Assembly (NCBI RefSeq): GCF_051201565.1
Contig: NZ_CP179200.1
Span: 1,710,001-1,742,000, forward strand
DNA from: Pseudothioglobus sp. nBUS_23
GTDB taxonomy: Bacteria > Pseudomonadota > Gammaproteobacteria > PS1 > Pseudothioglobaceae
Reading direction: 5' to 3'
Length of the DNA stretch: 32,000 nucleotides
Position numbers and translations under genes: made by a program. Below are positions 1 to 7,119 of the stretch, piece after piece; position 1 is the first letter of the stretch; each line of letters opens with the position of its first letter. Under the pieces are notes generated by a model. The model did not search any database and had not been told where the DNA came from. It saw only the letters and a list, made by a program, of their open reading frames with translations.

Positions 1-68
1 AACGCTATGAATAAAATCATCGCAAGCGCTGTAGGTAAAAAGAACCAAAAAAAAGTCTTATGCTTCAT
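1..68 (-). CDS. ABC transporter permease, N-terminal fragment running off the window edge
   Basis: A minus-strand ATG at 68-66 opens a frame with no stop before position 1. It reads MKHKTFFWFFLPTALAMILFIA, a hydrophobic N-terminus typical of MalF/UgpA-type permeases. It lies 92 nt downstream of the SBP gene on the same strand. Confidence 0.45.
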   Translation of the reverse strand, partial: MKHKTFFWFFLPTALAMILFIA

Positions 69-101
69 ACAAGTTAATTATGGTTTAACACTCTATATTT
101 C

Positions 102-135
102 ATAAAAAGAAGGGGCACGCTATAAACATGCCCCT
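102..135 (-). terminator. Intrinsic-terminator-like hairpin between the SBP and permease genes (candidate intra-operon attenuator)
   Basis: The minus-strand RNA reads AGGGGCAUG-UUUAUAG-CGUGCCCCU. The arms lie at 135-127 and 119-111: 7 Watson-Crick pairs plus one G.U and one G-C. UCUUUUUAU (110-102) follows directly. Confidence 0.55.
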
Positions 136-160
136 ACTTAGGAGATCAAAACATTAAAGT

Positions 161-1390
161 TTAGAGATAACCTTTTTCTTTAGCAGCAGTTGTGTAAGCT
201 GCTTCTAAGTCAGCCAGTGCTTGACTAGCTGTTTCTTTTCCTTGCATGAAATCAACAAGCTCCTTACCTGCTGCTGAATGCATTAGACCAGCATATGGCA
301 ACATTGGATATGGAGTTGTTCCCATTGCAGCTGCAGCAAATACACCCTTGGCAGCATCTGTTGGCTGATAACCATCAATTAGCCAAACCGCTAACGGAGA
401 AGTTTCATCGTTTAGCATTTCAGGACGAATTGCATGCATCATAGCCATAAAGGTAGCTTCTGCATCTGCATCCGAAATGTTCTTAGAAACAGTGAATCCA
501 TCCCACCATAGTGTTGAAGCAGGAGTTGAGCCACCGCCTACTGTCATTGGACCTGCAATATCAGTATTATTTGCAACTGTTGGATCTACTTCATCACTCT
601 TAAGTGGTCCAACGCGAGAGCCCCACATATTCATAAGCGCAACATTACCTGCTTTCCATTCAGCACTCGTTGCATTTGAGTCGTGAGTCAAGAAGTCTGG
701 GTTCATGTAATCTGATAACGCTCTCATCATGTGAAGTGCATCTTCACCATGTTGATTGTTAACTGCAATCTCAGCAGAACCAGGCTTAAAGAACTCACCG
801 CCCTGACCAATGTACATATTGACAAATTCTTCAGCTAAGTTCCAACCAGCAGCATAAGCACCTCCGACTGGATGCTCCATCATTCCACTTGCACGTATAT
901 TCGCAGCAGCAACTAACATCTCTTCATAAGTTGTTGGCGGCGCAATACCTAACTGATCTAAGACATCTGCTCTGAAAACTAAATGCTGAGCGTTTGCCAT
1001 GAAGGCAATACCCATAATCTTTCCATCAACAGTGATTAGCTGGCTCTTCTTTAGGCCTTGACCATGCTTAGCAACTAGATCATCAAGCGGTCTAATCACA
1101 TCATTATTCATTAGTGCAACAATCGATGAGTTTGCAACAATCGCTGTTGTAAATTCAGCTGGATTACCTTGCATACCTGGCACATTAATTTTTTGGTGAT
1201 CAGCAGTTAAGTTTTTCTCAACTGTAACACCTCCACCAGCACATTCCATAGCGCCTGCACCAACAGTTTGGATCGCTGGGAACTCATTTCCAACAATGCT
1301 TACACGGCCATCGGATGCTCCACATCCTGCCCAGGCACTAGAAGCTAATGTTGTTAACGCTACAACTGTAGCAATTTTTCTTAAAAACAT
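161..1390 (-). CDS. ABC transporter periplasmic solute-binding protein, family 1 (sugar/polyol-type, CUT1-like)
   Basis: The ORF track starts at TTG 1414. ATG 1390 is the likelier start because AGGAGAG lies 5 nt upstream. This gives MFLRKIATVVALTTLASSAWAGC, a signal peptide with an AWA/G or lipobox-like AGC site. Length of about 409 aa and overall composition fit family-1 SBPs. A permease lies downstream and a MalK-like ATPase sits at the operon head. Confidence 0.85.
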   Translation of the reverse strand: MFLRKIATVVALTTLASSAWAGCGASDGRVSIVGNEFPAIQTVGAGAMECAGGGVTVEKNLTADHQKINVPGMQGNPAEFTTAIVANSSIVALMNNDVIRPLDDLVAKHGQGLKKSQLITVDGKIMGIAFMANAQHLVFRADVLDQLGIAPPTTYEEMLVAAANIRASGMMEHPVGGAYAAGWNLAEEFVNMYIGQGGEFFKPGSAEIAVNNQHGEDALHMMRALSDYMNPDFLTHDSNATSAEWKAGNVALMNMWGSRVGPLKSDEVDPTVANNTDIAGPMTVGGGSTPASTLWWDGFTVSKNISDADAEATFMAMMHAIRPEMLNDETSPLAVWLIDGYQPTDAAKGVFAAAAMGTTPYPMLPYAGLMHSAAGKELVDFMQGKETASQALADLEAAYTTAAKEKGYL

Positions 1391-1459
1391 ATTTACTCTC
1401 CTATTTATACTCAATTAAATACTCTTAGTATCACATCGAATGACCTTAAATCTTCATTT

Positions 1460-1473
1460 TGCATACGATTGCA
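1460..1473. promoter_or_regulatory. Putative LacI-family operator O1-A (TGCATACGATTGCA)
   Basis: A 14-bp pseudo-palindrome of the form TGCA-nn-CG-nn-TGCA with a central CG at 1466-1467. An identical copy lies at 11877-11890. On the minus strand it sits 4 nt downstream of an extended -10. Confidence 0.55.
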
Positions 1474-1477
1474 ATGA

Positions 1478-1486
1478 ATTATAACA
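1478..1486 (-). promoter_or_regulatory. Extended -10 promoter element (TGTTATAAT) for the SBP-permease transcript
   Basis: The minus strand reads TGTTATAAT, matching TGnTATAAT. It lies about 88 nt upstream of ATG 1390. The same arrangement recurs at 11895-11903. Confidence 0.5.
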
Positions 1487-1513
1487 CAGTCTATATTAAT
1501 ATATAAATAATTT

Positions 1514-1527
1514 TGCATTCGTATTCA
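1514..1527. promoter_or_regulatory. Putative auxiliary LacI-family operator O2-A (TGCATTCGTATTCA)
   Basis: A degenerate copy of the O1 motif with a central CG at 1520-1521. Its centre is 54 bp from the O1-A centre, the same spacing seen in the second intergenic region. Confidence 0.45.
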
Positions 1528-1595
1528 GAATATTCCTTTAGAATTTTTTTAATACTAATTAGCCTCATTATTGAACACTATTTTTCAGAATTCCA

Positions 1596-2576
1596 CTACT
1601 TTTGCCATTTTGGCAACGGGTCATAGCCGAGCTGCAACAATACATGTGGAACATCGACAAATACCCAATTTTCAACTAAGAGCTCATTTTCACGACGCCA
1701 CCAATCACAAACACGCATAAAAACTCGCTCGTTGGTTGGGCCTTGACCTAGGAATGGTTTAACGTTAACACCGGTCAATGATGGCCAGCCTCCTGAGCAG
1801 GTGTAATTGCCCTCGCCAAATCTTGTGAAGTGTTTTGTAAAGCCATTATTTTTTGTTCCACCTGACCACCCTTCAAACTGGGATTCAAACGGCACTTGAA
1901 ATGAAGCAAACTCCTCAACGCCAATAAAAGAACCGAATGCACCTGGTCCATACCACATCATATTCTTATGCCAATAAGGACGCCAGGCCTCATTCTTAGT
2001 CGCTAATTTATTGAGCATATCGGTAACAATTTGATAGCTTTGCTGCCCCTCAGCAGGGTCTAGAGAATTTATTAGGACGCCATCTCGTGACGCGGGGCCC
2101 TGAATCAGACCGGTGTATCCTCGGGAATACCCTGGACCCATATCCAAAGGCCATTGATTGCAGGCAATCATCAGTTCTGGAATATCTAGATAAATATAGC
2201 TTTCTACAGCTTGTTCATTCTCGATACGGTGGAATTCACCATAGCGCAGATAACTCAGACTTTTTGTCGATTTAATGCCGATCCAATCATTTTCGAATTG
2301 ACCAACATAATACCCGGTTGAGCTGATCCAATTTTGTCCCTCAAATTCTCCTGCCATGAAGATATCATCACGCCTATAGAGTCCTTCGAATGAATGTTGG
2401 AGCGGCAGGAGAAATTCATTAAGGTATATTTCTGCACCTTTGAGCTGATTAAACGGATGGACAACATTAATGTCAGCATCCTCACCAAAAAAAATCGCAA
2501 TGTTGGAAGAGAAGTCTCCCGGATGGCTCAATGCCGCTGCATATTTCAAATAGAATGAACGGTCATATATCGACAT
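1596..2576 (-). CDS. Tandem NTF2/SnoaL-like domain protein, function unknown
   Basis: ATG start with AGGAAAA 5 nt upstream. The C-terminal segment RVCDWWRRENELLVENWVFVDVPHVLLQLGYDP matches the SnoaL ester-cyclase C-terminal signature also seen in the 161-aa protein ([16 protein letters not shown]). The N-terminal half ends in an analogous ESYIYLDIPELMIACNQWP, which suggests two NTF2-like domains. Confidence 0.55.
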   Translation of the reverse strand: MSIYDRSFYLKYAAALSHPGDFSSNIAIFFGEDADINVVHPFNQLKGAEIYLNEFLLPLQHSFEGLYRRDDIFMAGEFEGQNWISSTGYYVGQFENDWIGIKSTKSLSYLRYGEFHRIENEQAVESYIYLDIPELMIACNQWPLDMGPGYSRGYTGLIQGPASRDGVLINSLDPAEGQQSYQIVTDMLNKLATKNEAWRPYWHKNMMWYGPGAFGSFIGVEEFASFQVPFESQFEGWSGGTKNNGFTKHFTRFGEGNYTCSGGWPSLTGVNVKPFLGQGPTNERVFMRVCDWWRRENELLVENWVFVDVPHVLLQLGYDPLPKWQK

Positions 2577-2634
2577 AATTTTTCCTATTAAAATAAATAA
2601 ACTTTATGGTAACTCAATGATCTATAGAATAAAA

Positions 2635-3342
2635 CTAGGTACGGGATTTTTCAAAATCTTCCCATGCTCTTTTAAAATCATCAAAACTAAATTCTGTTTT
2701 TTCTGCAGGGTCTAATATGAGCCTTTCAGAAGCAAACAGCTTATGAATTGAATCTTTCAAAATAGGTATTACTTCATTCGGAACTAGAACTGCTCCATGA
2801 CGATCTGCATGGATTAAGTTGCCTGGATTCACCGTCATTCCAAAGACATTTACAGGGGTATCTATCTCGCGGACATGCACAAAACCATGGCTAGGGCCTA
2901 TTGAACCAGCGACTACCGGAAAGCCTTCTGCAAGATCACCTAAATCTCTCATTACTCCATTGGTTAGAGCTCCTGAAAGTCCAAACCCCTTGTGTACTTT
3001 AGTATTAATTTCTCCCCAATAAGCTCCGATACAGTCTGGAAAATCAAGATCCTCAATAACTACAACTGTTGGTCCATTTATTTCAGACATATAGCGATAG
3101 TAATTCATTCTTCGCTCTTTAATAATTTCTGGGTTTTCTTTCGGTGGTTCTATTGCTGCAATCTTTGCAGTTTTAGCAAAACCAACCATAGCTCCACCGT
3201 CTGCATCAGAACAAAGCATCGTTCCTCTAGTAAATTGGGAAAAGCCCCGTTTGCCTTGAGCAACCTCAATCGCATTACAGACAGTTGGTGTATCGACCGA
3301 CTGAAGCAGTTTTAGTAAATCTGAATCTATCTCATCAGCCAT
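2635..3342 (-). CDS. RraA-like protein (4-hydroxy-4-methyl-2-oxoglutarate aldolase / oxaloacetate decarboxylase family)
   Basis: It carries a family-like pattern: TPTVCNAIE near the N-terminus, GALTNGVMRD, and GNLIHADRHGAVLVP near the C-terminus. GGAGG lies about 10 nt upstream of the ATG. The start overlaps the 3' end of the upstream hydrolase gene by 16 nt. Confidence 0.7.
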   Translation of the reverse strand: MADEIDSDLLKLLQSVDTPTVCNAIEVAQGKRGFSQFTRGTMLCSDADGGAMVGFAKTAKIAAIEPPKENPEIIKERRMNYYRYMSEINGPTVVVIEDLDFPDCIGAYWGEINTKVHKGFGLSGALTNGVMRDLGDLAEGFPVVAGSIGPSHGFVHVREIDTPVNVFGMTVNPGNLIHADRHGAVLVPNEVIPILKDSIHKLFASERLILDPAEKTEFSFDDFKRAWEDFEKSRT

Positions 3343-4019
3343 TCTTTTATTACCTCCGTTGTTTCTCTGGGTTGCTCCAATGTAGGCATATGGCCCGCAT
3401 TATTTATTATTTTTAAATCTGAATCAGTAATCATATTATGCATCATCTCATGCCTTTCCACAGGACATAATTTATCCTCCGAGCCACACAGAATCAATAC
3501 AGGGATTTTAATTGATTGAATAGTATCCTGTTGATCTAACCTTGATTGAAGGGCTCTTGATTGATTAATAAAAACATCTGGCCCTAGGGTCAACGCCATA
3601 TCCATACAAACATTTAGAACGCTCCTTTTGTTTTCACTTTCGGCAAGATAATTTGGTTTCATTTCATCTCGCATCACTTCGAGAAGCTTGCCCTGATTAA
3701 CCTCTCTTATCTGGGGTTCTCGCTTTAATTTAACTTCGTCTAGTTCAGCCTTAGGATTTGTATCCATAAGTATGAGTTTCTCAATCCGATTAGGTGCTTG
3801 AGAATATATTTCCATAGCAACAATGCCGCCCATTGAATGCCCTAAGAGTGAAAAATTTTTTGGAGCCTTTTTTAACACATCTGAGGCCAACTCCCTGACT
3901 GATGAAAAATTCGAAATATCTGCAATAGTTACTTCAAGGTTCTGACTCAGTGCTTCTATTTGTGGGGAAAAGATTCTTTCATCACACATCATTCCCGGAA
4001 CCATAACTAGACTTTTCAC
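3327..4019 (-). CDS. Alpha/beta-fold hydrolase
   Basis: It has the nucleophile elbow GHSMGG and later GSEDKLCP and NAGHMPTLEQP, which fit a Ser-Asp-His triad. The GTG start at 4019 lies 1 nt after the upstream TAG (translational coupling). An alternative ATG lies 5 codons in. Confidence 0.8.
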   Translation of the reverse strand: MKSLVMVPGMMCDERIFSPQIEALSQNLEVTIADISNFSSVRELASDVLKKAPKNFSLLGHSMGGIVAMEIYSQAPNRIEKLILMDTNPKAELDEVKLKREPQIREVNQGKLLEVMRDEMKPNYLAESENKRSVLNVCMDMALTLGPDVFINQSRALQSRLDQQDTIQSIKIPVLILCGSEDKLCPVERHEMMHNMITDSDLKIINNAGHMPTLEQPRETTEVIKEWLMR

Positions 4020-4021
4020 AA

Positions 4022-5149
4022 CTAATTACTTGCAATTAAAGCGCCCTCAGATAGTGACTTCAGCTTAGCAAATGCAATATCAGGATCTACAGCTCCAAAT
4101 CCTGCAAAGGTTCCAAAGCCACAGTCAGAGCCCGCTATAACTCTTTCCTTGCCGACAATGTTGACAAATTTATTGATCCTCTCAGCGACTAGCTCTGGGT
4201 GTTCAATAAAGTTAGTTGTCGTATCAACAACTCCAGGAACCAGTATTTTGTCATCTGGTATCTCTTTCTTTCGATCACGAAAGACTGTCCATTCATGAGC
4301 ATGTCTTGGATTTGAGGTCTCGAATAATGTGTATTGAGCATCCGCTTTCATTAAAGTTCCAAACACCTTATTCATGTCAATATCACAGACATGTGGGCCC
4401 TCATAGTTTCCCCAGCAAATATGAATTCTTACTTTTTCAGATGGGACATTTTTTAGAGCATGATTTAAAGCCTCCATATGCGACTCTGCGATCTTTATGA
4501 ACTCCGAATCCGATAGATCACTAAATAGCATATGTCTCGAAAGAGCCAGGTCCGGACAATCAAGTTGCAAGTCTAATCCTGAAGCGACAATCGTTTCATA
4601 TTCTTCTCTCATAGCATCTGCAAGTGCTGCAAGGTAGGCATCTCTAGTTGCATAAAAATCATTCTGCAGAAATAAAGAAATGACACCCGGTGAGGCTGCA
4701 TTCATAAAACCCCTCTCAACTCCATGAGCTTTCATTGCATTTTTTAAATTGGCGATATCTTTTTGAAGCTCTCCCTGACCCTTGGATTTTACTTCTCCAG
4801 TGCACATTGGCCTAGCATATTGTGGCGTACCTCCCTCATCTGCAAGTCTTTGAAGAAATCCTGGAAAAAGCTTTAAATCTTCTGGTGCATTTCTTGGGCT
4901 ATCTCCCGAAAAACCGGTATATCTATCTTTGACATAAGTAGCATATGAAATTTTGGAGGTTTCGCCATCACTAACAATGTCAATTCCAGAGTTTTTTTGT
5001 TTTTCAACTGTACTCAAAACGTTTCTTTGCATACATTCATCAAAGCTATTTTGATCATATTTTTTATTATTTTCTCTAGCGAAAATAAAGTCGACCACCC
5101 CCTGACTTCTTGGCAGTGAGCCGACATGACTGGTTAAAATTTTATTCAA
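4022..5149 (-). CDS. Core-MetE-like protein (cobalamin-independent methionine synthase C-terminal / URO-D-CIMS-like Zn fold)
   Basis: The N-terminus TSHVGSLPRS is typical of the Meth_synt_2 family. Putative Zn ligands are the His-x-Cys in RIHICWGNY, the Glu in LFETSNP and the Cys in AGSDCGFG. The TTG start is supported by AAGGAG 6 nt upstream. At 375 aa this is the single-barrel core form. Confidence 0.7.
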   Translation of the reverse strand: MNKILTSHVGSLPRSQGVVDFIFARENNKKYDQNSFDECMQRNVLSTVEKQKNSGIDIVSDGETSKISYATYVKDRYTGFSGDSPRNAPEDLKLFPGFLQRLADEGGTPQYARPMCTGEVKSKGQGELQKDIANLKNAMKAHGVERGFMNAASPGVISLFLQNDFYATRDAYLAALADAMREEYETIVASGLDLQLDCPDLALSRHMLFSDLSDSEFIKIAESHMEALNHALKNVPSEKVRIHICWGNYEGPHVCDIDMNKVFGTLMKADAQYTLFETSNPRHAHEWTVFRDRKKEIPDDKILVPGVVDTTTNFIEHPELVAERINKFVNIVGKERVIAGSDCGFGTFAGFGAVDPDIAFAKLKSLSEGALIASN

Positions 5150-5171
5150 ATCAATCTCCTTAAAATAAATA

Positions 5172-6137
5172 CTACATTCTCCATGTTGGCCCTGCTATAT
5201 CATTAGTCTTAGTCACCCGAAAAAGACTGGCATCATTTGAGTTTAATGGAACCATTCTATAAGTTAGGTTTGGCGTTATGAGGCATGTGTCCCCCTCTGA
5301 CAATTCTGAACTACCACCTTCATACTCTAAAGACCAGCTACCCTTTGAAATCATATTAACTTGATACTGGTCTGGAAAATCAAACTCATCAATAAACGAA
5401 TTATTTGTAATAAAGTCAACTTCAAAACCGGGTCTATCTTTTAATATTCCGTTTTTACCTATGACATTGACTGAGCCTTTTTTTGAGCTTTCAAAGAGAT
5501 CTGCTGCACTAACAAAAAAATTTTCTTGAAATTCTTCGGTTGTAACGATAGGAAAATCTTTTAGCTCGTCTTCACTTAAAAGAGGCATTGGATTAACATG
5601 GCTTGGTAGCGACTCTCCTTTTTTAGTGTCATAAAGCAACCCATTTTCACCCAATATCAAACCATATTCTTTGGCATTATTGATGACTTCTGGAGCCCAT
5701 GTCACTCCGCCTCCCGCATCATCACCTCCGAGAACTGCCATTAACATTCCATAGGAATTACCAATATTTTTAAATGCTCTAAAAACACCAGTAGGTATAT
5801 TAACCAAGTCTCCTTCATTCGCAATCACTTCACCATCTTTTCCATCACGGCCCCAAAAGAAACGCCACCTTCCTTTAAGGACATAAAAAACTTCTGCTGT
5901 AGTGTGAGAGTGTAATGAATTAGTACAGCCTGGTGGCTGACCAGCTGCACCAATATTAAAGCCAGGAGTCTCCTTAATATGAACATGTTGATCAGGGCTT
6001 TCAGAAACCCCAGAACCAATAATTGTAAAATTTTCTTTTTGATTTGAGCCAGGCGTATGGGCATCAATAAATGCCGTCTTACATGGCTTTAAATCAGCAT
6101 ATCTCACAATAAATTTTTCCATCTCTTTCGAGGTCAT
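5172..6137 (-). CDS. Bicupin protein (one metal-site cupin plus one degenerate cupin)
   Basis: The N-terminal domain carries cupin motif 1, GCTNSLHSHTTAEVFYVLKG (HxHxxxE), and motif 2-like GDLVNIPTGVFRAFKN. The C-terminal half (GSWSLEYEGGSSELSEGDTCLITP) has cupin-like spacing but no His ligands. Confidence 0.7.
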   Translation of the reverse strand: MTSKEMEKFIVRYADLKPCKTAFIDAHTPGSNQKENFTIIGSGVSESPDQHVHIKETPGFNIGAAGQPPGCTNSLHSHTTAEVFYVLKGRWRFFWGRDGKDGEVIANEGDLVNIPTGVFRAFKNIGNSYGMLMAVLGGDDAGGGVTWAPEVINNAKEYGLILGENGLLYDTKKGESLPSHVNPMPLLSEDELKDFPIVTTEEFQENFFVSAADLFESSKKGSVNVIGKNGILKDRPGFEVDFITNNSFIDEFDFPDQYQVNMISKGSWSLEYEGGSSELSEGDTCLITPNLTYRMVPLNSNDASLFRVTKTNDIAGPTWRM

Positions 6138-6140
6138 AAA

Positions 6141-7109
6141 TTAGCCTGTTTTGATTATTATTTGCTTCCATAAAGCTGTTTCATCGAACAGAGTGTATTC
6201 CCTTCTTAATCCCCACGGTCCAAACTCTGCATGGGTAACTCCCATAACATATAAATCAGCCCCTGTAGGTTCACCAAAAACCCCCCATCCATCATGCTTA
6301 CCTTTGAGATTCCATCGAACCGCGGCTCTTGGAGAAAGCTGTTCATCTTCGCGTCCGATTTGATGCTCTACTGTAAATTTTGCACTTGGCATTGAGGAGC
6401 GAAGACCCATCCAAAACTCTTCTGCATGATTATATGAATGACCACTGACGCCTCCTGGATATTCAAGATGACAGCCCCGGTCATATTGAGACCTAAAGAC
6501 TGAGGAATCTGAATTCATAATACGCTCCAATATGTCAACGAATCTCTCTCCCCATTCATTTTGGTTACCTTTTCCAGTGTATGGTCCAGCCAAATCCATC
6601 GAATCATTGAATGGATGCTGGCATTGCTGAACACCCCCCTCCTGATCTATCTGATTTCTAGCAAAATCCTGCGGAGTCATGCCTAGCTGTCTAACAATAG
6701 CTCCTTGGTCTCTTATTAGCCACTCATCATTTACCTGGTTGTTGATTGCATGACAATCTGCAATGGTCCTGAATACAACTTTTTTACCAGTTGCATTTCC
6801 AAATGAGCCATCTCCGAGATGGGAGGCTGTTGAAATAATTCGATGAGAAGACAACATCCCTTTCTCTGGACTGCCTGACCAAATTACATCTTCTCCTAAA
6901 AGCTTACGATCAGGAAACTCAAATAATGTTGCCTTGGTGGCATCGATAACTGTGTTATTGCCAATCACCAGAGAGGGTGGCGCTCTTAAAATAATATCAT
7001 CTGAATATAGATACAGAAGTTTATCAATACCTCTCTCTTCCCAAATTTCATGAGTTATGCCATTAATCCAATCTGGAAAATTTGCATACTTTGAATCGAA
7101 CCCTTCCAT
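6141..7109 (-). CDS. Tandem NTF2/SnoaL-like domain protein, function unknown
   Basis: ATG start with AGGAGA 7 nt upstream. The first domain ends DEWLIRDQGAIVRQLGMTP, a SnoaL-type signature. The second half (VRWNLKGKHDGWGVFGEPTG...REYTLFDETALWKQI) looks like a second NTF2-like fold. Confidence 0.6.
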   Translation of the reverse strand: MEGFDSKYANFPDWINGITHEIWEERGIDKLLYLYSDDIILRAPPSLVIGNNTVIDATKATLFEFPDRKLLGEDVIWSGSPEKGMLSSHRIISTASHLGDGSFGNATGKKVVFRTIADCHAINNQVNDEWLIRDQGAIVRQLGMTPQDFARNQIDQEGGVQQCQHPFNDSMDLAGPYTGKGNQNEWGERFVDILERIMNSDSSVFRSQYDRGCHLEYPGGVSGHSYNHAEEFWMGLRSSMPSAKFTVEHQIGREDEQLSPRAAVRWNLKGKHDGWGVFGEPTGADLYVMGVTHAEFGPWGLRREYTLFDETALWKQIIIKTG

Positions 7110-7119
7110 TAATTATCTC

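Noticed and set aside
477-686. Antisense ORFs from the track that lie inside long, well-supported genes. Examples: 477-686, 2087-2275, 2819-3022, 2992-3315, 4216-4500, 6151-6363, 8175-8357, 8721-8918, 9257-9697, 10354-10581, 10875-11174, 11341-11523, 11592-11861, 14492-14683, 15108-15329, 17198-17518, 21470-21673, 21931-22113, 28800-29012, 29631-29816, 29906-30196, 30746-30928.
   Set aside because: They lie opposite genes with clear family signatures. They have low-complexity or odd composition, no ribosome-binding sites and no recognisable motifs. They are typical shadow ORFs.
1391-1414. The TTG-initiated 8-codon N-terminal extension of the SBP (MSINRRVN) given in the ORF track.
   Set aside because: The extension itself contains the AGGAGAG Shine-Dalgarno sequence for ATG 1390. 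The protein from ATG 1390 begins with a normal signal peptide.
2255-2500. Same-strand alternative-frame ORFs nested in real genes: 2255-2500, 5825-6067, 7524-7775, 9007-9198, 12235-12435, 12320-12556, 13421-13606, 25162-25347, 25317-25532, 26290-26490, 30730-30918, 30937-31152.
   Set aside because: They are fully contained in longer ORFs whose frames carry conserved motifs. No independent evidence supports overlapping coding.
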